Assembly (NCBI GenBank): GCA_964016885.1 | Contig: OZ024744.1 | Span: 94,984,001-95,048,000 of the forward strand | Source of the DNA: Eledone cirrhosa | Lineage: Eukaryota | DNA: 64,000 nt | Direction of reading: 5' to 3' | In this document: piece by piece, positions 39,918-52,770 of the stretch | Numbering within the stretch: position 1 is the stretch's first letter | Layout of the letters: each line of letters begins with the position of its first letter | Notes under the pieces: generated by a model | The model's database searches: none | Seen by the model: the letters and a program-made list of their open reading frames with translations, nothing else | Told to the model about the DNA's origin: nothing | Position numbers and translations under genes: made by a program

Positions 39918-40091
39918 AATAAATGTTCTAAACTAAAATTTGATCGTTTTAACATTTTGTATCTCGGCTCTGTAAAAAACTTGAAAATTTGCATTGAGCC
40001 TTTTGTCATACCAGTAACTGGCTAGTACTTAGTACTACCCCCCATATTTATAGTTATATTAAACATATATAAATATAAATATAAATATTAC

Positions 40092-40144
<53 letters not shown>

Positions 40145-40169
40145 GAGAGAAAGAGAGAGAGAGAGAGAG

Positions 40170-40662
40170 AAAAGGTGAAGTTGGAAATACCACAGAAAAT
40201 ATATTTAAGGGTCTGTTTTTCTTTTTTCATCCTTTCTTTGATTCGTCAAAGTGACATTATTGAAAAGATGACATTATTGAAAAAATGAGAGGGACAATTC
40301 TTTAAAAATAAAGTTTTATAATGTATATAATGTATATAAAGTATTACCGGTTTCGATGTATTATTAAAATTCATCTTATCAAATGTTAAGTATTGAAATA
40401 AAAATTTAAAAATAATTAAACTAAAAATTAAAGATTTAAAATTAAAATCAAATATTTGAATAAGTTTTTTTCTCATCTTTCTTGCTCGAGCAAGAAAGAT
40501 GGGGAAAAAAAACTTACTCCAGCATTTGATTTTAATCTTTTAAAAGAATCGTCCCTCTCATTTTTTCAATAATGTCACTTTGACGAATCAAAGAAAGGAT
40601 AAAAAAAGAAAAACAGACCCTTAAATATATTTTCCGCGCTATTTCCAACTTCACCTTTTCTC
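40170..40662. mobile_element. Fold-back element, family G, with a degenerate U3-A8 hammerhead at 40343-40384(-)
   Basis: Outer arms about 130 bp, hairpin centre cttgctcgagcaag. Minus strand TTGATAA-gatg...catc-GAAA-ccgg-TA, but stem I has only 2 bp. Confidence 0.65.
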
Positions 40663-43588
40663 TATATCCACTGTTTTGTATAGAACCTTACTTCTCTTTT
40701 CTAATATATATATATATAATATATATATATATATTCTAGTGGACCTATGCCATCAATAATAACATCAACAGCATTAAATGGATTTAATTTTTTGAGTCTA
40801 AGATTGGTATGCCATATACACCAGGATTATCAGATGTATAAACAATCATACAAAACTGGGAAATTTGCATTTTTGATAAAGTTATGGTTTGCATAAGAGA
40901 AACCCTATAGTTCGTGTTGATTACTGACATGTGGAGGGATTACTGACAAGTGAAGTTAAGAATGATATTTTAATAATCTATTTCTAGGATGTAATTACAT
41001 AAATGTTCAACATATATGTACAAATGACATACAGGATTAAATATGTGAGAACTTTAGAGAAATAATATTTACAAGGACAAACGCAGGGTTAGAAAGTGAA
41101 CTTCTTATTGTAGCAATGTGACCGAGATAAGAAATGCATTGTGTATATGTTACAGATAGATATATCCCTTGAAAGCAGGGAAAGCGGACGTAAAATTATG
41201 ATGATGATATGATATATATATATATATATATTTATACAAATATGAAGCTATAAATTTAAAAAGTCTCATTCTTTCTCGTACCCTGAATTATATTTAGGCT
41301 CTAACATTTGAATAACATTTCCACTTGCTTCAGGTCAGAGAACAACATTTTTTTAATGGTGACATTTTCACATTTTCAGCATTGCTGCCAGCAAGCTATT
41401 TACGCTAGCCACATTCATAAAAACTGACACAGTAGATAGATATTTTGTGTATTTATATACAATTACGAAAAATATGAAATCCCAGTGGAAGGAAGCTGCA
41501 GTTGAGGAAGACCAAGGAAGATCGAGGAAGATCAAAGAAGACCTAGGCAGAGGTTGTGACAGCTGATCTCATATTGCTGAAGCTCAGAGAGGAGACAATG
41601 ATAGACTGCAAATGATTGGAGTGAACGCTGTGATGGAAAAGACCTAAGTAACGCATGCAAGCATGGAAAAATGGATATAAAATGATGATCACAGTGATCG
41701 TATCACTGGCCCGGCAGCCTCCATATAAACCCATATTTAGCTGTAACCCAGTAGGGATTACTGAACTAAATCTTTTATGTTCCTTACATCTGATGAAATT
41801 GCGAATTGCCTTGCCTCATAGTTTGATGACGTAAGCTGGCCATAGAAACACGTATTGTGTAATTGAGTAACAATAAAGGAATATATTGGAATCTGACCAT
41901 CTGTTTTCATTGAAGGATATATATATATAATTGTTTCTACTTTTGGCACAAGGCCAGCAATTACCCAGTGCATTACTGGTACTTCATTTTATCGACCCCT
42001 TAAGGATGAAAGGCAGAGTTAACCTCGGTGGGATTTGAAATCAGAATGGCACGGGCCGTAACTCTATGCATCAAAGCATGGCGTCCGACCCTCTACCGAT
42101 ACTGCCAATCCACCTATATATATATAATAGAGGCCTATCTGTATGTATAGTGTGTGTATAGTGTATATATATATATATGGAAATAATACACTATGAAGAT
42201 TTAAAAGGAATTGGATATAGTATGCAAGAGAGAAGATTGAAATAGTTTGGACGTGTGATGCATATGGAAGACAATAGTTGTATAAAGCAGTTCCAAGAAA
42301 TCTCAGTGGATGTGAAAGTCATAGAAGATGCAGACCTGGGAAGACATGGGATGAAGTAGAGAAGAAGACTCACTCACCAGTATTTTAAAAAAAAAATGTG
42401 AGTATGACTTGATCCATTAATGCCTGTCCCTTTCCATCATGGCTCCTTATTATCTATTCTCATGATCACAATATCCACACTGCTCTATCTGGGAATCACC
42501 CAGTTAAATCCCACCACACTTGTCATTCATCTGTGACATCACACATTTATTATCTCCCCTTACTTTGCTCCCTCCCTCCCATCTACCTTGTCAATTGTGG
42601 ATTGAATATATTCGACCCAGCTAAGGTCTAATGACATCTCTCATATGAAGGTGCAGTGAATAGGAGAGAGAGGGGTGGGGAGCGGGGGGTGGGGGTGGAA
42701 TTGATAGAGCTGAATAGCAGAAAGATGAAAGTGTATCAGTGAGGTATGTGTGTGTGTGTGTGTGTGTGCATGTGCATGTGTGTGTGTGTGTGTGTGTGTA
42801 TGTGTGTGTGTGAGTGCATGTGTGTGTATGTATGTGGGTGTGTGCATGTGTGTGTGTATGTATGTGTGAGTGTGTGTGTGCATGTGTACGTGTGTGTGGA
42901 TGTGTGTATGTGTGTGTATACAGGGGTGGACAGGGTGGCATGAGGTCAGCCAGTGGAAACATAACCTTTTAATTAACTATATTTCTGATGAAGTACATTG
43001 CCTGTGAGTTTCAATTAATTTTGAAAAATAAGCAAATATTTCGAGGAATTTCATAAAATAATTAAATTGTTAATTAATTAGTAAGCAGATGTTTTTATAT
43101 TTGGTATCAAAAGGGTTAGGAGAGAGACATAAGAGGGTCAGCTGAAAAGTTCATAAGCTGACCAAGATATTCTCATGGAATGACTAAATGAGGTTTATTT
43201 TTCAACATAGTCTCTAGAAAGAAACAATGCAGTTATTAATAAAAAGAGCTGAAATTAATGCATGCAAGATTTCACAGCTCTAGCATCATTCCTTCATAGG
43301 CTGACCAAGATACTCTCATGGAATAACCAAATGAGGTTTATTTTTTTCAACATAGTCTCTAGAAAGAAACAATGTACAGTTATTAATAAGAAGAGTTAAA
43401 ATTAATACATTGCATGCAAGATTTCACAGCCCTAGCATAAGTCCTTCATAGTCAGCCTATGAAGAAACAACACCACACATCCGGCCAGCCCTCTGTATCA
43501 AGAAAGGAAAATCTTTCTCAGAGAAGTTATTGGACTTTTCCAGACTTTAAGCTTTTTTTAGGAACTCTCATTGTTTTTATAGGTTTTG

Positions 43589-43646
43589 CTGTCTGAAGAG
43601 CTGAGGGTATCATAACTGATAGATCTCAGTGAAATATATATAACTG
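43589..43646 (+). ncRNA. Hammerhead-like motif (weak stem I)
   Basis: ctgt-CTGAAGA-gctgag...ctcagt-GAAA-tatata-TA-actg. Confidence 0.55.
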
Positions 43647-43824
43647 ATTTTAAATAAACCTGAATCAACTGAATATGGTCTCCGATATTTTATTAATATA
43701 TAATGCTCTGACTTGCATCTTTTATACAGGTCCTTGAGCACTTCTTTTTATCTGCTTCGCAACCAGCAGACCATAATTTGGTCTGCACATCTCTGTTTGG
43801 TTAACCTCATACTATGATATATAG

Positions 43825-45207
43825 CCCCCTACTATTTATTATTGCCCTTCAGGCTATAACAGAGGAGTTCAAGACCGGCTCCCCATGGGAACTTCTATAT
43901 GCAGATGATCTAACGCTCATAGCTGAATCAATGGTTGAACTAGAGAAGAAATTCCAATCAAAAGGCCTTAAAATTAACCTGTCTAAGACTAAAGTTCTAG
44001 TTTGTAGGAAGGAAAATAGGGCACTGGTCCCATCTGGAAAATGGCCATGCTCAGTGTGTAGGAAAGGAGTAGGCAGAAACTCCATCTTATGTCCCAAATG
44101 CAAGGTATGGGTGCATAAAAGATGTAGTGGGATCACAGGTAAGCTAACTAAAATATATGTATTTTATATGTAGCCGGTGCTAAGGTGCAATAAGTAGCAG
44201 CAAGTGCCCACAGAATACTAGCTCATTCCATTGCACAGATGATTCTATAGAAATAGTGGACACCTTCCGTTACCTGGGTGATAAAATCAGCAGTGGTGGA
44301 GGGTGCTCTGAAAGTACAGTAGCTAGAGTCAGAATGGGATGGAAAAAGTTCAGAGAGCTTATACCACTATTGGCCACTAAAGAGTTCTCTCTAAAAATGA
44401 AAGGCAGGCTGTATGATGCCTGCATACGAACAGCAATGTTACATGGCAGTGAGACTTGGGCATTGTGTGCAGAGGATATACGCAGACTGGAGAGGAATGA
44501 AGCTTGCATGCTCCGTTGGATGTGTAGTAGTAATATACATGAACGGCAAAGCATAAATGAGCTAAGTGAGAAATTAGGTATAAGAGGAATCAGATGTTGT
44601 TTACTCGAGAGAAGACTACGTTGGTATGGTCACATGATGCGCATGAAAGACGACAGCTGTATAAAAAAGTGCAGGGCGATAAAAATAGATGGTAGCCATG
44701 GAGTAGGCAGACCCAGAAAAACCTGGGACGACCTGATAAATTCCGACCTCACACACTTACACCTCCCCAAGACAATGTCACTGGACCGAGATCTTTGGCG
44801 CTACATAGTAATACAGAAGACCTGCCTTGCCTAAGTACAAAGCGAAACCTACAGTCAGTAGGCACCTCTAACAAAAATACCCCCCCACCCCATCCACACC
44901 ACCCCTTTCGATGTAAAGTTATGTTGGTACCACAACATCCAGTTCGAAACAAATGAGGACGTGTAGGTGTCACGACAAAAAAACACACAGTCCACGCTGT
45001 AATGTGGCCGTGTAGGTAACACGGTAAAAACCTCCCAGTCCACACTGTAAACATGGTTGGTGTTAGGAAGGGCATCCAGGTAGAAAACCTGCCAGACAGT
45101 CCTATGCGAGCAGGACAACCACTCTTGCCTCAAGTGGGAAAACTCCCGTCCAAACCCATGCAAGCGTGGAAGATGGATGTTAAACGATGATGATGATGAT
45201 GATGATG
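43825..45207 (+). mobile_element. RTE LINE family 1, longest copy (RT YADD to 3' end, internal Cys-rich segment)
   Basis: SPLLF...LLYADDL...KWPCSVCRKGVGRNSILC..C..WVHKRC...FRYLG...GRPRKTW with in-frame stops. Shorter copies at 46379-47160, 48786-49278, 52783-53306(-) and 62365-62640. Confidence 0.92.
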
Positions 45208-45234
45208 ATATATATATATACATATATGTGTGTG

Positions 45235-45290
<56 letters not shown>

Positions 45291-46038
45291 TGTATATTTA
45301 TATATATATATACATACATATACATATACATATATATATATACATACATATACATACATACACACATACATACATATGCACACATACACATATGTATATA
45401 CATATGTATATACTAGAAGTTGATGGAAACTGCGGACTGGGGAGACCCAAGATGACCTGGGATGAGGTGATAAAAGCCGACTTTACCCAATTACACCTCT
45501 CAAAGGCAATGACACACGACCATGACCTCTGGTGTCACGCAGTAATACAGAGTACCCGACCTCCCATGGGTACAAGCTGAAGCATATAGACAATATGCCC
45601 CCACACCACCCACCGCAAGGTGTCGTGGAGGTGCCACGGCAAAAAAGCACCCAGCCCACACTGTAAAGTGGACGTGTAGGCGCCACAAAACAGCACCCAG
45701 CACTCACTGTAAATGATGTTGGTGTTAGGAAGGGCATCCAGCTGTAGAAATCAAGCCAGATCAGTTCCTGTATGAGCAAAGCATGGTCAGCCGACCAGAC
45801 ACTGCCCACAACAGGACAACCCGTCTAACCCATGCTAGCGGGGAAGAACGGACGTAAAACGGGGATGATGATGATGATGATGATATACACGTATATATAT
45901 ATATATATATATATAGGAGGTGAGTTTTATTGTAGTACAATAAAGCAATGCAGATATCGGATAAGAAGCACTCTACAGTTTGTAGGACTGGAGTATACAT
46001 AATATATAAGATCAAAAGATGGTTAAAAGAGTTCCATG

Positions 46039-46109
46039 TATTTTATTATGCGCATTTCAAAAACAAATATCATCATGCAATAACATTTGTGTTTTCATCA
46101 GATAAAATA
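46039..46109 (-). ncRNA. Type I minimal hammerhead motif (inverted twin)
   Basis: Reverse complement of 46221-46291. Confidence 0.85.
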
Positions 46110-46220
46110 GGAGGACATGATATGAAGGTTAAAAAACACTTGTGGATAGTGCAGTTTTCATATGTTGATTTAAAACTGCACTATCCACAAGTGTTTTTTA
46201 ACCTTCATATCATGTCCTCC

Positions 46221-46291
46221 TATTTTATCTGATGAAAACACAAATGTTATTGCATGATGATATTTGTTTTTGAAATGCGCATAATAAAATA
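46221..46291 (+). ncRNA. Type I minimal hammerhead motif
   Basis: Identical to 126-196. Confidence 0.85.
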
Positions 46292-46321
46292 CATGGAACT
46301 CTTTTAACCATCTTTTGATCT

Positions 46322-46364
<43 letters not shown>

Positions 46365-47324
46365 TACATATATATACACAAGTGCAGGGCAATAAAGATA
46401 GACGGTAGCCACGGAGTAGGCAGACCCAGAAAAACATGGGACGAGCTGATAAATTCCGACCTCACACGCTTACACCTCTCCAAGACAATGTCACTGGACC
46501 GAGACCTTTGGCGGTACTCAGTAATAGAGAAGACCCGCCTTACCTAAATACAAAGTAAAAACCTAATACAGTCAGTAGGCATCTCTATCAAAACACACCC
46601 CCGTCCCACCACCTCCACCCCACCCACACCGCCCCTTTCAATGTAAAGTTATGTTGGTCCCACAACATCCAGGCCGAAACAAATGAGATCGTGTAGGTGT
46701 CACGACAAAAAACACACAGTCCACGCTGTAAATGTGGCCGTGTAGGCAACACGGTAAAAACCTCCCAGCCCCACACTGTAAATGTGGTTGGTGTTAGGAA
46801 GGGCATCCAGCTGTAGAAAACCCGCCAGACAGTCCACGCTGTAATGTGGCCGTGTAGGCAACACGGTAAAAACCTCCCAGCCCCACACTGTAAATGTGGT
46901 TGGTGTTAGGAAGGGCATCCAGCTGTAGAAAACCCGCCAGACAGTCCACGCTGTAATGTGGCCGTGTAGGCAACACGGTAAAAACCTCCCAGCCCCACAC
47001 TGTAAATGTGGTTGGTGTTAGGAAGGGCATCCAACTGTAGAAAACCTGCCAGACAGTCCTATGCGAGCAAGAAAATCACTCTTGCCTCAAGTGGGAAAAC
47101 CCCCGTCCAAACCCATGCAAGCGTGGAACACGGACGCTAAACCTGATGATGATGATGATGACACATATATATAATTTTAATAGGTTTCAGCCAGTGTTGG
47201 CCCAGGCGATGCCTAACTTAATAGCAGCACCACCTGGTGTTAATAACAACAACATACCATCATCATCACCACCATCATCATCATCATCATCATATTGTAT
47301 ATGTAAATATGTAAACAGTAGATT

Positions 47325-47505
47325 TGGAGGTAAACGGAGGCGGGGTTGCACAAGGATCACCTGGCAACGAACATTTGGGAAGGACCTGATGGCAGCCAAC
47401 CTCACCTGGCACGGTCTCGAAAAAGTTGCCGCTGATCGTGACCCTTGGCGAGTACTTACTGGTCGATGTGCCAAACGGCGGAAGAATCTAAGACTAAGAC
47501 TAAGA
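47325..47505 (+). mobile_element. RTE-like LINE 3' fragment with (CTAAGA)n tail
   Basis: GGKRRRGCTRITWQRTF..DL...LTW....VAADR..WR, typical of an RTE C-terminus. Confidence 0.65.
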
Positions 47506-50361
47506 TTTGTAATATCCCCTGCAGTACAACACAGAGATAAATTGGTCTGAATGCTGGTAGTTAAATATCTTGGATGTTGGCACATGCCATTGTTTGTAAA
47601 AGGGATATAAACTGCTTACTTTTTTTTATCTCAGTTGTCCTGTACTTTTGTGAATGTTCAGTTAAAAATTTTAGACTATTTTACTCCCCATCTTTCATTA
47701 ATTCCGCTTAAATGCTTAATCAATTATTAGTTAATTACTCAATAAATGAGACATTCTTTTTTCTCTTTCTCTCAAAATATGAGTTGTTCAGTCAACCTTA
47801 AGAGAAACTTTAAATGCAATCAACGTGGCCTTGTACAAAAAAAAAAAAAAATCTCTTTTATTTAGAATGGAAGAAATCACTTGATATTTTGATTTAATTC
47901 TCAGAAATGAACAACTTGGTTTGGCTAATAAACTTGCCCTTTAAATGGAATTAATAGGATGGAAATGTTGTTGCTAGTACTAAATTGATTGCAATTACAA
48001 ACCTAATAACTATATGAACTTAGACATCCTGCAATTTCGTCTCTCTCTCTCTTATTTTCTTTCTATCTCGGCATTTTCAAACTATTCTTATTTTGCCAGG
48101 AAATATGCATTATTTCCACGACGATATCCCCCTCATTTAAATGTGATTATTGACTTGCAACAATACAACTTGTAATGCCAGTGTCGTAAATTTGGCATAG
48201 TGTGTACATATTTGGCATATTTTACCATTTTTTACCATTTTTTATTTATTGAAGCAAAAAATAACAAAACAGAAAAAAAAATAGAAAAAAAACCATTTGT
48301 TTTGTTTTTATTAGCGTGTTTTGAGATTTCCTTGTTCTACGATGGTGGATTGAAAAGTTCTTATGCTGACTATGAAGTAGTGATGCAAGAGCTGTGAAAT
48401 TTTGCATGCATTAATTTCAACTCTTCAAGGGCGATGGATTGGCAGTATCGGTAGAGGGTCGGACGACATGCTTTGACGCATAGAATTACGGCCCTTGCCA
48501 TTCTGAGTTCAAATCCCACCGAGGTTAACTTTGCCTTTCATCCTTACGGGGTCGATAAAATAAAGTACCAGTAATGTACTGGATGATTGCTGGCCTTGTG
48601 CCAAAAAGTAGAAACAATTAATTTCAACTCTTCTTATTAATAACTGCATTGGTTCTTTACACTTTACAGGTACTATGTTGGAAAATAAACCTCATTTGGT
48701 CATTCCATGAGAGATTCTTGGTCAGCTTATGCTTATGAACTTTTCAGATGACCTTTGTATAAACATATATATATATATATATATAGATAAACTCCGACCT
48801 CACACACTTACACCTCACCAAGACAATGTCACTGGACCGAGACCTTTGGCGGTACTCAGTAATAGAGAAGACCCGCCTTACCTAAATACAAAGTAAAACC
48901 TACTACAGTCAGTAGGCATCTCTAACAAAATACACCCCCGTCCCACCACCCCCACCCCATCCACACCGCCCCCTTCTATGTAAAGTTATGTTGGTGCCAC
49001 ACCATCCAGGCCGAAACAAATGAGATCGTGTAGGTGTCACGACAAAAAAACACACAGTCCACGCTGTAATGTGGCCGTGTAGGCAACACGGTAAAAACCT
49101 CCCAGACCCACACTGTAAATGTGGTTGGTGTTAGGAAGGGCATCCAACTGTAGAAAACCTGCCAGACAGTCCTATGCGAGCAAGACAATCACTCTTGCCT
49201 CAAGTGGGAAAACCCCCGTCCAAACCCATGCAAGCGTGGAACACGGACGTTAAACGATGATGATGATGATGATGATGATATATATATATATATATATACA
49301 CACATATGTATGAGGGTCAGCTGGAAAATTCCTAGTCTGATTATGAAGGAGTGATACTAGAGCTGTGAAATCTTGCATGCATTAATTTAAACTCTTCTTA
49401 ATAATTGTTTCTACTTTTAGCACAAGGCCAGCAATTACCCCAGTGCATTACTGGTACTTTATTTTATCGACCCCATAAGGATGAAAGGCAAAGTTAACCT
49501 TGGCGGGATTTGAATTCAGATCATAAAGGGCCGTAACTCTATGCTCCAAAGCATGGCATCCAACCTTCTACCGATACTGCTAATCCACCGCTCAAATCCA
49601 CCTCTTCTTCTTAATAATGGTTTCTTATATAGGCACAAGGCCAGTAATTTGGGGGGAGGGGAAAGTCGATTAAATCGACTCCAGTGCGTGACTGGTACTT
49701 TATTTTATCGAACCCATAAGGATGAAAGGCAAAGTTAACCTCGGCGGGATTTGAACTCAGATCATAAAGGGCCGTAACTCTATGCTCCAAAGCATGGCAT
49801 CCAACCTTCTACCGATACTGCTAATCCACCGCTTGAATCCATCTCTTCTTCTTAATAATGCCATTGTTTCTGTACACTTTACAGGGACTCTGTTGAAAAA
49901 TAAACCTCATTTGGTCATTCCATGAGAGTATCTTGGTCAGCATGTGCACTTTTCAGCCAATCCTTGTAGCTCTTCAAGCATAAACACTTGGCTCTCTTGC
50001 AAACTTTTGGATCAAGTTTTCTGGAGTGGTTTTTTTTTTTCCCCCTTGAACCACAGAAGCCTGGTCAGTCAGCAATAATGACCCTTCAAGTTCCCTATGT
50101 ATCCAATCACTTAAACCAACTTAACCTGTGAGAATTAGCTTAGCAGACATAGCTCTGTTCAATCATCACCATCACCACCACCACCACCACCATTATATCA
50201 ATCATCAACATCACCTTCACCATCACCATCACCACCACCACCACCACCAGTTGTTGTGGTTATGATGATGATGATGAAAATGGTGGTGGTGGCGGTGGTG
50301 GTGGTGATGATAATGATGATGGTGGTGGTGGTGGTGGTGGTAGTGTAGGTTGTTGTCGTTA

Positions 50362-50395
<34 letters not shown>

Positions 50396-50568
50396 GGTAG
50401 TGTAGGTTGTTGTGGTTATAATGATGATGATGGTAGTGGTGGTGGTGGTGGTGATAATGATGATGGAGGTGGTGGTGTTGATGATGATGATAATGGTGGA
50501 GGAGGTGGTGGTGATCATAATGATGATGGTGGTGGTGGTGGTGGTAGTGTAGATTGTTGTCGTTATGA

Positions 50569-50602
<34 letters not shown>

Positions 50603-51213
50603 GGTGGTAGTGTAGGTTGTTGTGGTTATAATGATGATGATGGTAGTGGTGGTGGTGGTGGTGATAATGATGATGGAGGTGGTGGTGTTGATGATGATGA
50701 TAATGGTGGAGGTGGTGGTGGTGGTGATGACAATGATGATGGTGGTAGTGGTGTTGATGATGATAATGGTGGTGGTGGTGGTGGTGGTGGTGATAGTAAT
50801 GGTGGTGCTAGCATGGGTTAGACGGGTTGTCCTGTTGTGGGCAATGCCAGGTCAGGTGACCATGTCTTGCTCATACAGAACTGATTTTGGCTTGATTTCT
50901 ACAGCTGTATGCCCTTCCTAACACCAACCTCATATATATACACATTATATACACTACATGTAACTAATATATACACTATATACACACTACATACACAAGA
51001 TGTATAGACTGTATATTATATATACATACACCATGTATGATATTGTTCAAAGGAAAAGCAAAGACCAATACAGCTTGGCACCAATAACATCACAACTCAT
51101 TTCTATAGCTGAGTAAACTAGAGCAACATGAAATGAAATGTCTTGTTCAAGGACACAACACACACCCAGTCCGTGAATCAAACTCACAACCTCATGATTG
51201 TAAGCCTGATGAA

Positions 51214-51584
51214 TTAACCCTTTAGCATTTACATTACTCTATATATACTATTGTATTTTTGTATCGGTAGAGGGTCGGACGCAATGCTTTGACGTATAGA
51301 GCCCTTGTCATTCTGAGTTCAAATCCCGCTGAGGTTAACTTTGCCTTTCATCCTTACAGGGTCGATAAAATAAAGTATCAGTAATACACTGGGATAATTG
51401 CTGGTCTTGTACCAAACGTAGAAACAATTATTATCTCACGTAATATCGAATCTATGAGATTTTGTTCTTCATTTTAAGAACAATACCTTAATGTAGGCAT
51501 GAGCAGCTGGTTACAGCTGGTTTAAACAGAAAATGGTGAGAGAGTTCTGGCCGGATATGGCCAGTTTAAATGCTAAAGGGTTAA
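51214..51584. mobile_element. piggyBac-type MITE with nested MetaSINE
   Basis: TTAA-ccctttagcattt...aaatgctaaaggg-TTAA. Confidence 0.75.
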
Positions 51585-52160
51585 ACACTATAAAGCTTAA
51601 TTTTATAGTCTGCCATGTGTTCGAGAAGAGCAGATGAAGAAGAGAAAACACTTATCTCCAGTGATTATTTTCTGGATAAGTGAATATGATTTGATCATCT
51701 ACAGCTTATCATCATGCTTAATCCAGCTCAGCTCAATTTTATTACAGGTTAGTGTAATTTTTAATTTAATGGATTACATTTTATAGATTCTTGAGGATAA
51801 AAGTGAGATCAGAAATTGATATTTAATTACATATAATATAATAATATATCTATTTAAAAAAATAGTAAAAATTTCTTTTTTTGACGGACAATCATATCAA
51901 TGTATATTAATATATATATACAAATAATTGTTTCTACTATTGGCACAAGGCCAGCAATTACCCAGTAAAACTTTATTTTATCGACCCCGTAAGGATGAAG
52001 GGCAAAGTTAACCTCGGCGGGATTTGAACTCAGAATGGCAAGGGCCGTAACTCTATGCATCAAAGCATGGTGTCCGACCCTCTACCGATACTGCCAATTC
52101 ACCGCCCTTATATATACAAATATAATATATATACAAATAATATTTATATATATATATATA

Positions 52161-52250
52161 CAGGGTGTCCCCCCAAAAATGTATACACCATTCTAATAAA
52201 TATTGCCTGCACAGGTAATCAAAGTGTGCATACATTTCGGGGGCACCCTG
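52161..52250. mobile_element. Tc1-type micro-MITE
   Basis: TA-cagggtgtcccccc...gggggcaccctg-TA; second copy at 63719-63797. Confidence 0.75.
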
Positions 52251-52636
52251 TATATATATATATCCATATATCCATGCCATATTTATATACATATATATAT
52301 CATCATTTTACGTCCGCTTTTCCCTGCTTGCAAGGGTGAGACGGGGACTGATTCTGGTTTGATTTCTACAGCTGGATGCCCTTCCTAACACCAACCTCAT
52401 TTACAGTGAGTGGTGGGTGCTTTTTTGCCGTGACACCTCCAAATGAGATGATAGGGACTGGGGTCCCTATCATCTCATTTCTACAGCTGAGTAAACTGGA
52501 GCAATGTGAAATAAAGTGTCTTACTCAAGGAAACAACACATCACCCGGTCTGAATAATAATAAATTTGAAGACTAAAATCCAAAGAGGTCTCGATAAGGA
52601 TAAATATATATCAAATATATAAGAACCGTAGAGCAA

Positions 52637-52770
52637 ATATTTATTAAAATAACATTAAAGTTTAAGCAAATAATCGCTGCTTTCACCTTTAACGAGATCT
52701 TCTGAAGATCCCGTTAAGGGTGAAAGCTGCGATTCTTTGCTTAAACTTTAATCTGTTATTTTAATAAATA
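52637..52770. mobile_element. Fold-back element, family C, with a hammerhead core
   Basis: Centre gatcttCTGAAGAt-ccc(gttaa)ggg-tGAAAgc...gcTT; the 5' strand of stem I is replaced by the inverted arm. Confidence 0.68.

Larger units (their letters stand above)
38977..39963. mobile_element. About 1-kb element with about 200-bp inverted termini, each carrying a hammerhead (family F)
   Basis: 38977-39177 is the diverged reverse complement of 39766-39963. Confidence 0.8.
45916..46331. mobile_element. Complete fold-back hammerhead element, family A
   Basis: Apparently perfect 160-bp arms 45999-46158/46172-46331, 13-nt loop, about 83-nt unique tail, (TA)n flanks. Confidence 0.9.

Noticed and set aside
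45040-45090. Twister or HDV-like ribozyme beside the gttaggaagggcatcc motif
   Set aside because: The diagnostic core and pseudoknot pairings could not be found by eye.
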